Counted from the first letter of the stretch, positions 1 through 8,672 are shown. The stretch: DNA of 36,345 bases from Methanomicrobia archaeon LH_S13 (GCA_023659785.1 JAGXOR010000002.1:1-36345); one strand, 5' to 3'. Made by a program: numbers and translations. The notes: generated by a model from the sequence alone, not told the origin.

Positions 1-68
1 ATTGATAGCATCATACGAAGAGGTTTGAAACAAAATGGTTGAATCTCATAACCTCGCACCCATATATT

Positions 69-512
69 TCATACCTCATAATCTGCATCTTTAACCTTCC
101 TAATTACAATCTCAACGGTATAATTCTGGATTGGGAACTCAAACAAAAGCTTATTATTTATAAACCTCGTTAAACTCTCTTCGTTATCAAATAGGCCGAT
201 TGCGTTAATCGAGAACTGCCCCGTGGTCTGATATATCTTAATAAACTCGTCCAGCCCTGCCAATTTAGGTAATGTGCTCCCCATCTCCTTTGGTTCTACT
301 TCCAGATTGAATATCGCAAGGAGCTTCTTACCAAAGTTCCTGGGATTTAGCAATATCGTATAACTCTTAATAGAGCCTTCCTTCTCCAGCTTCTCAAGCC
401 GGTACCTCACGCCATTTTCACTCAAACCGACCTCTTTTGCGATTTTAGATATGGGCGTCCTTGCATCCTGCTGAAGTATCTCAAGTATCTTATTATCTTC
501 TTTGCTTACCAT
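69..512 (-). CDS. Lrp/AsnC-family transcriptional regulator
   Basis: The ORF track runs 69..590. The likely true start is the ATG at 510-512 (MVSKEDNKILEILQQDARTPISKIAKEVGLSENGVRYRLEKLEKEGSIK), a typical N-terminal HTH_AsnC. It is followed by an AsnC/RAM-type ligand domain (FNLEVEP...IKIYQTTGQFSINAIG). Confidence 0.85.
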   Translation of the reverse strand: MVSKEDNKILEILQQDARTPISKIAKEVGLSENGVRYRLEKLEKEGSIKSYTILLNPRNFGKKLLAIFNLEVEPKEMGSTLPKLAGLDEFIKIYQTTGQFSINAIGLFDNEESLTRFINNKLLFEFPIQNYTVEIVIRKVKDADYEV

Positions 513-610
513 TATTTGTATATAATAGCGCCTTTTATATAAAACTTCCGAAACTTCAGAATAATCCGTTTTTATCTTAATATTCCTCAAATAACCTTTT
601 TAGCACTGTA
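513..610. promoter_or_regulatory. AT-rich divergent intergenic region with TATA-like boxes, between the Lrp regulator and the methyltransferase
   Basis: The sequences tatataatagcgcc and ttttatataaaac lie between the two divergent starts, in archaeal BRE/TATA-like context. No transcription start site is known. Confidence 0.35.
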
Positions 611-1834
611 ATGATTTTAAAGAGATTGATGAAAGAGAAAGAAGATAAAGTTTATAAACGTAATGCGATAAGCTATTACAACCAGCCGATGAGGAGTTCT
701 CGATATGATCCGGTAAAGGTCCGCTGGGAAGACAAGATATGCCAGGACCATTATCGTGAGATGGTCAAGCGGCTGATAGAGCGAGGAGAGAAGTTAAAAA
801 TCCTCGATTTTGGATGTGGCATCGGGTATGGGTATCATCTCTTATCGAATATACTTGAGGTGGATGTGCCGGTCGAGGAAGATGATTGTAAGCTACTAAA
901 TAATAATGACATGGAGTATTATGTGGGTCTCGATACAAACCCCGATCTGCTGGAGATTGCGAATGATAGATATAAGAGTGATGAGAAAGTGACGACCCGC
1001 CAGTGTGATTTCTTGCGCGATGAATACCCAGAGAGACAATTCAATATCTATTTCTCTTCAGGCGTTCCATTCTCTCACCTAAATAACGATGATTTCAGCT
1101 TGCTCCTTGAGAAGATATTCAATCACATAAAAAGCTTTGAGCGGCCTGCATTTCTCGTGGTGGACGTCCTGGGAAGGTACTCCATAGAATGGCAAACTCA
1201 GTGGAACGAACCCTCATGGCATATCTATAATATGTCATTCTTCAGTGACGGGAAGGTAAAAGAGCAGGTGTACATGAAATTCTGGGGAAAAGAATTGAAT
1301 GATTTTGTGATAGAAGCAGCACAAGAAGCCGGTATTAAAGCAGAGCTCTTCGATACTTTCGACCGTTCAATCTTCATCGGCAGGCACATAGATACGGGCA
1401 GCTTCAATACACGCCTGAAGCCAATGAGGACGAGGGTGAACAGATTATTTTACCCGCTCGAGCGGACTCCTTTACCTGATATGTTTATGGACTACAAGTA
1501 TGGGGGTGCTCCCGAAGAGGTTCGCGCATATTACGAGCGGATAGCATATCTCTGGAATTATGCAGTTGTGACCGCATGTAGCTATCTTGATATACCTGTT
1601 CCAGATTGGTTTGAAGTTGAAGAGGTGTATGCCATTCCAGAATACTTGAAGAGCGACCTGGAACATCTCGGAGAGATCACCAAGGATAAAAAGGCATACA
1701 AGCACACTGACGACTTCAGAGCAGATGTCTTTGAGCCTTCTTTGGGTTATCTTCTGCGCAACATCGAGCGCGATTATTCAGAAGGTTTAGGGGCCGCACA
1801 CACGCTCATATCAATCTTCGAGGTGACGCCATGA
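611..1834 (+). CDS. Class I SAM-dependent methyltransferase with a long C-terminal extension
   Basis: Motif I is ILDFGCGIGYGYHLL (GxGxG) and the post-I acidic strand is YVGLDTNPDLLEIAN. The protein is 407 aa. Its stop overlaps the next start (ATGA at 1831-1834). Confidence 0.7.
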   Translation: MILKRLMKEKEDKVYKRNAISYYNQPMRSSRYDPVKVRWEDKICQDHYREMVKRLIERGEKLKILDFGCGIGYGYHLLSNILEVDVPVEEDDCKLLNNNDMEYYVGLDTNPDLLEIANDRYKSDEKVTTRQCDFLRDEYPERQFNIYFSSGVPFSHLNNDDFSLLLEKIFNHIKSFERPAFLVVDVLGRYSIEWQTQWNEPSWHIYNMSFFSDGKVKEQVYMKFWGKELNDFVIEAAQEAGIKAELFDTFDRSIFIGRHIDTGSFNTRLKPMRTRVNRLFYPLERTPLPDMFMDYKYGGAPEEVRAYYERIAYLWNYAVVTACSYLDIPVPDWFEVEEVYAIPEYLKSDLEHLGEITKDKKAYKHTDDFRADVFEPSLGYLLRNIERDYSEGLGAAHTLISIFEVTP

Positions 1835-2712
1835 GCCTGAACCTGAACCTGAACTTCCTGACCGAGGAGGGATATCTACCGCCAGATCAGTTGAATGATC
1901 GTGACTGGCGTGATATAACATTGAGCAGAGAGGATGAAAGGACTATAACATCGCATATATTCAGCATATGTAAAGATATAAACATAAACCATATCCAATT
2001 TTTATCCCTCAAAGATCGGCGAATTATGCTGTACTTTTATCGCGACCAAGATATCGATTATTCGTGGTTTAGCAGAAGACTGGAGGAAAGAGAAGAGTTC
2101 GCTGATAGATACAGAGCAAACTGCACAAACTACGGTACACTGGTCGCAAAGAGGAACATCCACAAAGGGAATGCGCTCACACAATTCGCTTCGATGATTA
2201 ATGTTCCAATAAATAGGATTGCAAAGTTCGGTGATCAGGGGCAGAAAGGAGGGAACGACCACGAACTTCTCGCATATCCTGGAAGTTTCTCTGTCTATCG
2301 CGCAGATGAAGCCAATAGCAATACCTTTAACAGTCATGAATTATTCAATATATCAAATGCTGCTGGAACTCTTTGGATGATAGAGCGATTGAACTTTGTA
2401 TCACCCGATAATTCAAGAATTAAGGCATCGATGGATATGCCTTTCATTCAGTTTAAAGCGACTTATCAGGCAGCAGCCTTTGATATGGACGGGACGCTCC
2501 TATCCCCCGGGCAGTCCAGACCTTCAGATGATATGTACAGGATGCTGGCATCGTTGCTTGAGAACGGAATACCAATCGTAATTATAACTGCGAGAAACGC
2601 AGAAGAAATGGACCGTGTGTTTTTACGTGGATTCAGGAGATACTTTGATGAGATACCAAAAAATCTCTTCCTCTTCTTGTGCAATGGTGCTGCGCTTCTA
2701 AACGGTCATTAA
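1831..2712 (+). CDS. HAD-superfamily-like protein with permuted/rearranged motif order, apparently 3'-truncated
   Basis: The N-terminal half carries Cof-type late HAD elements: KGNALTQFASMINVPINRIAKFGDQGQKGGNDHELL (motif III Lys and a motif IV GDxxxND-like element). The last ~80 aa carry the early motifs: AAAFDMDGTLLSP (DxDGT, nt 2482-2496), IVIITARN (motif II) and CNGAALL. The ORF then stops 3 nt before the direct repeat that starts at 2716. Confidence 0.5.
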   Translation: MSLNLNLNFLTEEGYLPPDQLNDRDWRDITLSREDERTITSHIFSICKDININHIQFLSLKDRRIMLYFYRDQDIDYSWFSRRLEEREEFADRYRANCTNYGTLVAKRNIHKGNALTQFASMINVPINRIAKFGDQGQKGGNDHELLAYPGSFSVYRADEANSNTFNSHELFNISNAAGTLWMIERLNFVSPDNSRIKASMDMPFIQFKATYQAAAFDMDGTLLSPGQSRPSDDMYRMLASLLENGIPIVIITARNAEEMDRVFLRGFRRYFDEIPKNLFLFLCNGAALLNGH

Positions 2713-2715
2713 TTG

Positions 2716-2932
2716 CCGAATCTTCAGAAAATCCCTTTAATTTCTTATTTTTCCTCAAACAACCTATTTAAGGGTGTATAAGAAATAAATAATTATTTAT
2801 GTGCTCGATATGCGGCTATTTTTCTGATGAAAAAGTGCCGACGCGTATCGTTACCGATATGCTTATGCTCAAAAAGACCAAGCATAGAGGTCCAGATGCG
2901 CAGGGATTGTATGCGGATGGAAAGATTCTGAG
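2716..2932. repeat. Direct repeat, copy 1 (duplicated asnB promoter plus the first ~44 codons)
   Basis: Near-identical to 6732..6942. By eye there are 3 substitutions in the first ~30 nt and a 6-bp tandem insertion (tatgct) at about 2863-2868. Weaker similarity continues for ~35 nt beyond the end. Confidence 0.95.
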
Positions 2933-2987
2933 AAATGATGAGATAGGGGCTTTGGAAGATAGAACCCAATTTAATAACTATTTCTAA
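2799..2987 (+). pseudogene. 5' fragment of asparagine synthetase (duplicate of the asnB N-terminus)
   Basis: MCSICGYFSDEKVPTRIVTDML(ML)KKTKHRGPDAQGLYADGKILR matches the first 44 aa of the 531-aa AsnB at 6815. After that it diverges and stops at 62 aa, 9 nt before the ectA-ectB start. Confidence 0.9.
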
Positions 2988-2996
2988 ATAGATACG

Positions 2997-4862
2997 ATGA
3001 AAGGTAATGATACTACTGGTGGAGTAGAAGAGGTAGGGACGTATGGTGAATTCCGCTTTCGTCATCCTACGGTAGAAGATGGCGATGCGATATGGCGGCT
3101 TGTCAAGTATTCACCGCCACTTGACTTGAATTCGCGGTATAGTTACTTGATTTTATGTAAGCACTTCAGAGAGACCTGTGTAATCGGAGAAAACGAGAAG
3201 GGAATTGTCGCTTTTCTCTCATCCTACAAACCTCCAGAGAAATCAGATGTCTTGTTCATCTGGCAGGTGGCGGTCGCGCGACATCAGCAGGGAAAAGGAG
3301 TCGCATCGGTGATGGTAAAATATTTGCTGTCCGAGGAATATTTAAAAGATGTGACCTATCTGGAGACGAGTGTAACACCACCCAACAGGAAGTCACTCGC
3401 ATTCTTCAAGTCTATTGCCGGCTACCTCAATACAACCATAGAGAAGCAGGAGTTTCTGAAAGGGGAAGAGTTCGGAGCCGACGAACACCCACCTGAAATT
3501 CTATTGCGCATAGGACCAGGACCTTTTACACATGCACCAGAGGAGGTCTCAGACGAAGGATCCGAGGGTTTAAAAGTGTTCAAGGAGAAGGAGTCAGAGG
3601 TAAGGTCGTATTTACGCGCTTTTCCCACCGTTTTTGACCACGCTCATGGGTCAATCATCTATGATGAAAGCAATAACCGATACATTGATTTCTTCGCAGG
3701 TGCAGGAGCTTTAAACTACGGACACAACAACCCCCTGGTAACAAAGGCTTTAATAGAATACCTACAAAATGACGGAATCGTACATGGTCTTGATAAAGCA
3801 ACGACGAGTAAACGGCGTTTCATTGAGTCTTTCTACTCGACCATCCTTGAACCGCGTGACCTCGACTACAAGATACAGTTCCCTGGACCTACGGGTACAA
3901 ACGCTGTTGAGACCGCATTGAAGCTCGCTCGTATGATAAAGGGTACATCCAACATCATCGCATTTACCAACGCATTTCACGGGTTGACTATGGGGTCGCT
4001 TTCTATAACCGGAAATGACTTCTACCGGGACGAGTCGTTTATCAGCCGAAACAACGTCGCTTTCATGCCTTACGATGGCTACTTTGGTGATAGTATCAAC
4101 ACCGTTGATTACTTGCGGAAGGTCCTGGAAGACAGCAGCAGCGGTCTGGATGATCCAGCAGCAGTAATTGTGGAGACGGTCCAGGGTGAAGGTGGGGTGA
4201 ATGTTTCAAGCATTGAATGGCTCAGGCAATTATCTGAACTCTGCCATGAGTTTGACATACTGTTGATTATAGACGATATTCAGGTGGGGAACGGACGTAC
4301 TGGGCGGTTCTTCAGTTTTGAACACGCCGGTATCAAGCCTGACATTATTACACTCTCAAAGAGCATTGGTGGTGGTCTCCCCCTGTCACTTGTATTGATG
4401 AAGCCGGAGTTAGATATATGGAAGCCCGGAGAACACACAGGTACTTTCCGGGGCAACAATCTGGCTTTCGTGGCTGCCACACAGTTATTCAATTACTGGA
4501 AGACGGATGAACTAACACGAGAGATTAACAAGAAGTCATCTATGTTAAGGAAACGTCTTGAAACTATTAGAGATCGATACCCCCAGCTGGAGGCGGACGT
4601 CCGAGGTCGCGGGTTTATATATGGGCTGGATATTCCACACAGAGGCTTCAGCAAGCACCTTGCGAATGCTGCTTTCGACCGGAATGTGATTATTGAGCTG
4701 GCAGGTGCTGAAGACAACGTCCTGAAATTCCTCCCGCCATTGATTATAGAAGAAGAGTTGTTGAGAGAGGGACTTGACATAATCGAGGAGAGTGTGGAAG
4801 ATGTCCTTAAAGAGGAAGTGTTAATACATCAAACCAGAACTTCCGGTGATATGGTGCTATGA
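2997..4862 (+). CDS. ectAB: Fused L-2,4-diaminobutyrate acetyltransferase (EctA) / diaminobutyrate-2-oxoglutarate transaminase (EctB)
   Basis: The N-terminal ~175 aa align by eye to EctA (LVKYSPPLDLNSRYSYLILCKHFRETCVIG, FIWQVAVARHQQGKGVA, ETSVTPPNRKS, HPPEILLRIGP). From about aa 195 onward the sequence is EctB (ESEVRSYLRAFPTVF, FFAGAGALNYGHNNP, PGPTGTNAVE, VIVETVQGEGG, LLIIDDIQVGNGRTG, LSKS with the PLP lysine). It is one uninterrupted ORF of 621 aa. Confidence 0.9.
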   Translation: MKGNDTTGGVEEVGTYGEFRFRHPTVEDGDAIWRLVKYSPPLDLNSRYSYLILCKHFRETCVIGENEKGIVAFLSSYKPPEKSDVLFIWQVAVARHQQGKGVASVMVKYLLSEEYLKDVTYLETSVTPPNRKSLAFFKSIAGYLNTTIEKQEFLKGEEFGADEHPPEILLRIGPGPFTHAPEEVSDEGSEGLKVFKEKESEVRSYLRAFPTVFDHAHGSIIYDESNNRYIDFFAGAGALNYGHNNPLVTKALIEYLQNDGIVHGLDKATTSKRRFIESFYSTILEPRDLDYKIQFPGPTGTNAVETALKLARMIKGTSNIIAFTNAFHGLTMGSLSITGNDFYRDESFISRNNVAFMPYDGYFGDSINTVDYLRKVLEDSSSGLDDPAAVIVETVQGEGGVNVSSIEWLRQLSELCHEFDILLIIDDIQVGNGRTGRFFSFEHAGIKPDIITLSKSIGGGLPLSLVLMKPELDIWKPGEHTGTFRGNNLAFVAATQLFNYWKTDELTREINKKSSMLRKRLETIRDRYPQLEADVRGRGFIYGLDIPHRGFSKHLANAAFDRNVIIELAGAEDNVLKFLPPLIIEEELLREGLDIIEESVEDVLKEEVLIHQTRTSGDMVL

Positions 4863-5248
4863 TAGTCCGTAATATCGAGGAGATCAAGGGCAGCGAGAGG
4901 GAAGTGACTGCCGAAAACAATAACTGGATTAGCAGGCGTTTATTGTTAAAAAGAGACGGAGTTGGCTTCTCACTCAATGAGACTATCATCAATGAGGGGA
5001 CTGAGACATATATATGGTATAAGAACCATGTTGAAGCGGTGTACTGTATAGAAGGAGAGGGTGAAGTTGAACGCGTGGACGATAATAAGGTATACAATAT
5101 AACGCCTGGTACTTTATACGTACTCAACAAGCATGAAAAGCACCTTCTTAGAGCGAAGAAACGTATGCGAGTGGTGTGTGTCTTCAACCCACCCCTTGTA
5201 GGTAGTGAAGTCCACCAGGAAGATGGCTCATACCCTCTAATAGAATGA
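4859..5248 (+). CDS. ectC: L-ectoine synthase
   Basis: MIVRNIEEIKGSEREVTAENNNW...EGTETYIWYKNHVEAVYCIEGEGEVE...KHEKHLLRA...VCVFNPPLVGSEVHQEDGSYP is a close match to canonical EctC cupins. The start overlaps the ectAB stop (ATGA). Confidence 0.95.
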   Translation: MIVRNIEEIKGSEREVTAENNNWISRRLLLKRDGVGFSLNETIINEGTETYIWYKNHVEAVYCIEGEGEVERVDDNKVYNITPGTLYVLNKHEKHLLRAKKRMRVVCVFNPPLVGSEVHQEDGSYPLIE

Positions 5249-6726
5249 ATATGGAATACAAAAGCGATTTAAGGGATTTTTTTGTAGAGAAAGCAATCCT
5301 TGACGGCGTTGATATAGGCGAAGATACGATAACATTTAAATATCTTCTTGACGGTGACATAAACACGCTGAAAGTTAACTATAAATCACTTTCACTAAAA
5401 GAACCAAAACTTACCCGCGATAAGGGCGCCTTAAAAACGTTTGCTGTTTCTCTTGGTGTGTTCGGTTTTTTTCGATTTGGTGCTGTACTGCCTGCTCAAT
5501 TAGACATTACAAAATACTGTGGATGGGTTCACCCGGACTTAGTAAAGTTCCTTGAATACAGTATTCCACATGAGTGGAGTGAACACAGATATCAAATCCA
5601 GAGGTTGGACTATAAAGGTCCGGAGATACTATATGAAGAAAAAGAACTTGGTGCCCGGATGCATGCATTGCCTATCTGGAAGATAGATTCTACTCAGTCA
5701 GAGAAGGTAATGTTGACTTCCGGCGCGGGAAAAGACAGCCTGCTTTGTGCTTTATTGCTTGATGAAGCCGAAGTACACTATGACGTTATAACATACCTGC
5801 ACACGTATTACGGTGGAATGGAAAGCCAGGAGGATTTGTTTTCCAACGCCTCTAACGTATTCAATAGTGAAAAGCAACATGTTATCCACATATATGACGA
5901 CTACTATCCTTGGCTGAGGGAACGGTTAAAGCGGTTCAAAGTCAGTGAACGGATTCCGAAGAGTCCGGTGAAGAAACAAAAGTTTAGGACGGAAGCAGGC
6001 GAGGTCCTTTTCGGCTCAATGTCTTTCATTCCAATACAGATACTATATGATATAGGGTTACAGGTATTAGGCAATGAGAAGAGCGCAGACGCGCCCAACC
6101 TCGTTGATGATGCGACGGGAGAAGAAATAAGTCACCAGTGGATGAAAAGTATATACGCAGAAAAAGAAATGTTCGATCTGTTTGGAAAGTTGTTTCAAGG
6201 CATAGAGAGGGTAAGCCTACTTAAACCGTTTCACGATGTCTGGATATTCAGGACCTTGTTTGAGAAGGTAGGCGACAAGGTTTACACAACCTACTCCTGT
6301 AACGTACAGAAGCCCTGGTGTGGTTTATGTGAGAAATGCGCGTATGTGTTTGCGGGTTTCTCGGCGTTTGGCAACCATGAAAAGACCGTAAAAGCATTCA
6401 GCAAAGACCTGTTCAGGGATGAAGAACTCATTCCAATTTGGAAGCAGCTTCTGGGTTTAGAAGGTTACATTCCCTGGGAGTGTGTAGGGCACCCAAAGGA
6501 AGTGCAATTGTATTTCTACAAAGCCTACAACTCTAATATGAGAGGAGCAGCCATACAGTTATTTCAGCAAGAGATACTGGACAGGCAACTAAAGGGAAAA
6601 GGGGTGGATGTTGAGAAATACTTCAACGAGATTGAAGAGAAGTATTCGAGGGTCTACGAAGAACACCACTACATGCCAGACAGATTATGGAAGAAAGTAC
6701 ATAAAATAGTAGTGCCAATCACTTAA
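5245..6726 (+). CDS. PP-loop (N-type ATP pyrophosphatase)-like protein of unknown function, MurL-like by recollection
   Basis: The 493-aa ORF starts in an ATGA overlap with the ectC stop. It has a PP-loop-like motif MLTSGAGKDSLLCALL (about nt 5713-5760), a Cys cluster SCNVQKPWCGLCEKCAYVF (about nt 6297-6350) and IPWECVGHPKE near the C-terminus. Confidence 0.6.
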   Translation: MNMEYKSDLRDFFVEKAILDGVDIGEDTITFKYLLDGDINTLKVNYKSLSLKEPKLTRDKGALKTFAVSLGVFGFFRFGAVLPAQLDITKYCGWVHPDLVKFLEYSIPHEWSEHRYQIQRLDYKGPEILYEEKELGARMHALPIWKIDSTQSEKVMLTSGAGKDSLLCALLLDEAEVHYDVITYLHTYYGGMESQEDLFSNASNVFNSEKQHVIHIYDDYYPWLRERLKRFKVSERIPKSPVKKQKFRTEAGEVLFGSMSFIPIQILYDIGLQVLGNEKSADAPNLVDDATGEEISHQWMKSIYAEKEMFDLFGKLFQGIERVSLLKPFHDVWIFRTLFEKVGDKVYTTYSCNVQKPWCGLCEKCAYVFAGFSAFGNHEKTVKAFSKDLFRDEELIPIWKQLLGLEGYIPWECVGHPKEVQLYFYKAYNSNMRGAAIQLFQQEILDRQLKGKGVDVEKYFNEIEEKYSRVYEEHHYMPDRLWKKVHKIVVPIT

Positions 6727-6731
6727 AACTT

Positions 6732-6942
6732 CCGAATCTTCATAAAATCCCGTTAATATCTTATTTTTCCTCAAACAACCTATTTAAGGGTGTATAAGAA
6801 ATAAATAATTATTTATGTGCTCGATATGCGGCTATTTTTCTGATGAAAAAGTGCCGACGCGTATCGTTACCGATATGCTCAAAAAGACCAAGCATAGAGG
6901 TCCAGATGCGCAGGGATTGTATGCGGATGGAAAGATTCTGAG
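6732..6942. repeat. Direct repeat, copy 2 (native asnB promoter plus 5' coding end)
   Basis: See copy 1 at 2716..2932. The offset between the copies is 4016 nt. Confidence 0.95.
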
Positions 6943-8410
6943 GGGTAGGAAGATAAGCGATTTGGAAAGCAGTGAAAAGGCAAAAGTATGTCTTGGGCAT
7001 TCCAGATTAAGCATCGTTGGAGGCGATGATGCGATACAACCATTTCGGTCTTGTGACGGCTCTTTATCGCTGGTGCACAATGGCGAGATATACAACTATC
7101 AAGAATTAAGGGGGCTATTGAGTAAAGACCATACGATAGAGGACGAGAATAATGATAGCGAGATTCTCTTGCATCTGATAGAGGAAATCTACGATGGCAA
7201 TCTGTTGAGAACCGTGCAATCCGCTGTAAAGATGTTAAACGGCATGTATACCTTCGCGGTTACCAATGGTGTGGAAATCGCAATCGCAAGGGACCCGGTC
7301 GGTATAAAGCCGCTATATTCTGTACAAGAGGATGGAGGTGTCTTTTTCTGTTCTGAGAAGAAGGGGCTTTATGATATTGAAGGCGAAATCAAAAGGATAG
7401 CACCCGGGAAGATATTGAGGGCAAATAAAGAGGGAATATCTATACATCAAGGCGTGAGAATCGAGAGGCCACAGGTTGATATTACAGATTTCGATAAAGC
7501 CATGAGTTATAAAGATGCTTTAACTGATGCGGTTGAGGGGATGTTGAGGGGATTAAGCGTGGATAAGGTTGGGATGATCTTCTCTGGTGGTGTGGACTCG
7601 GTATTGATAGCAAAGCTCATATCTGACTTTGGATGGAATCTCAGATGCTATTGTGTTGGGAAAGAGGATTCCGAGGATGTAAAGAATGCGGAAAAGATAG
7701 CCAAAGATTTAGGATTGGAGTTAAGCGTGATTTATATTGATGAGCGAAAAGTGGAGATGATACTGCCAGAGATTATCGAATCTATCGAGATTGAGGGTCT
7801 CCTTCAGGTCGAGGTCGCGGTTCCGATGTATCTTGCAGCAAAGGCGGCATCTGAAGACGGAATAAAGGTGATGTTCACGGGACAGGGTGCGGATGAGTTA
7901 TTTGCGGGTTATTGGTGGTATAAGGAAGTGGTAAGCAAGGATGGGTTCTTGAAACTGCACAATAAATTATGGGAAGATATTGGTTTATTGTATGACGATA
8001 CACTTGAAAGGGAAGATAAGGTTACAATGGGTCATTCTGTTGAGTTACGCGTTCCATACCTAGATAGAAATGTTGTACAATGTGCAATGAGGATTTCTCC
8101 AACTCTTAAGATAAAGGATGGTGAGGATTCGATCAGGAAATGGGTTCACAGAAGGGTTGCAGCAACGCTTGGTGTGCCGCACTATACAGCATATCGGGGA
8201 AAGGATATGGCACAGTCAGGGTCGGGTGTGCATGGTCTGGTAAAAAAGGTTGCAGATGAATATTTTGAAGGGAAAAAGGTTGACGAAGTCGAGATCGTGG
8301 ATAAGGGTTCGAACTATCGATATCTGGATGAGGATTATGGAACGCCAGAGATGCGGGCATATATGCATGAGATAACAGAGAACAATCAATGCCTTGGGGA
8401 TAATGCATAA
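6815..8410 (+). CDS. asnB: Asparagine synthetase (glutamine-hydrolysing)
   Basis: The N-terminal nucleophile Cys2 (MCSICGY) marks an Ntn glutaminase domain (HSRLSIVG, LVHNGEIYNY). The synthetase domain has the PP-loop FSGGVDSVLIAKL and FTGQGADELFAGY. Confidence 0.9.
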   Translation: MCSICGYFSDEKVPTRIVTDMLKKTKHRGPDAQGLYADGKILRGRKISDLESSEKAKVCLGHSRLSIVGGDDAIQPFRSCDGSLSLVHNGEIYNYQELRGLLSKDHTIEDENNDSEILLHLIEEIYDGNLLRTVQSAVKMLNGMYTFAVTNGVEIAIARDPVGIKPLYSVQEDGGVFFCSEKKGLYDIEGEIKRIAPGKILRANKEGISIHQGVRIERPQVDITDFDKAMSYKDALTDAVEGMLRGLSVDKVGMIFSGGVDSVLIAKLISDFGWNLRCYCVGKEDSEDVKNAEKIAKDLGLELSVIYIDERKVEMILPEIIESIEIEGLLQVEVAVPMYLAAKAASEDGIKVMFTGQGADELFAGYWWYKEVVSKDGFLKLHNKLWEDIGLLYDDTLEREDKVTMGHSVELRVPYLDRNVVQCAMRISPTLKIKDGEDSIRKWVHRRVAATLGVPHYTAYRGKDMAQSGSGVHGLVKKVADEYFEGKKVDEVEIVDKGSNYRYLDEDYGTPEMRAYMHEITENNQCLGDNA

Positions 8411-8672
8411 ATTACAAACGGTGAGTTTATTATCTGTGTGTAATTATTAATGTGATAGTTTTAAAGTTTATAAATACGGAATATATAAAAGGCGTGGTGG
8501 AATCCTTTAGAGGTCGCTTACAGCTAATCTTCGAGCCAGAAGGGCTTGAGAGGAGTACTGAACCATACAATATCGCCGAATATCTGCACATAACATCGAA
8601 AGGAAAAGAAGGTGTATGGAGTGATTGCAGCCGTAGATTAAACCGTTTCTTTTATCTGGGCAGAGGAAAAAA

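Noticed and set aside
8411-8672. The 74-aa ORF 8452..8676 and a possible structured 5' leader or ncRNA upstream of the pssA-like gene. A TATA-like aaagtttataaata lies at ~8460.
   Set aside because: The ORF has no motifs or RBS and ends in the pssA start region. I could not recognise any riboswitch, C/D-box or other RNA family signature by eye. It is left as an ordinary, if long, intergenic leader.
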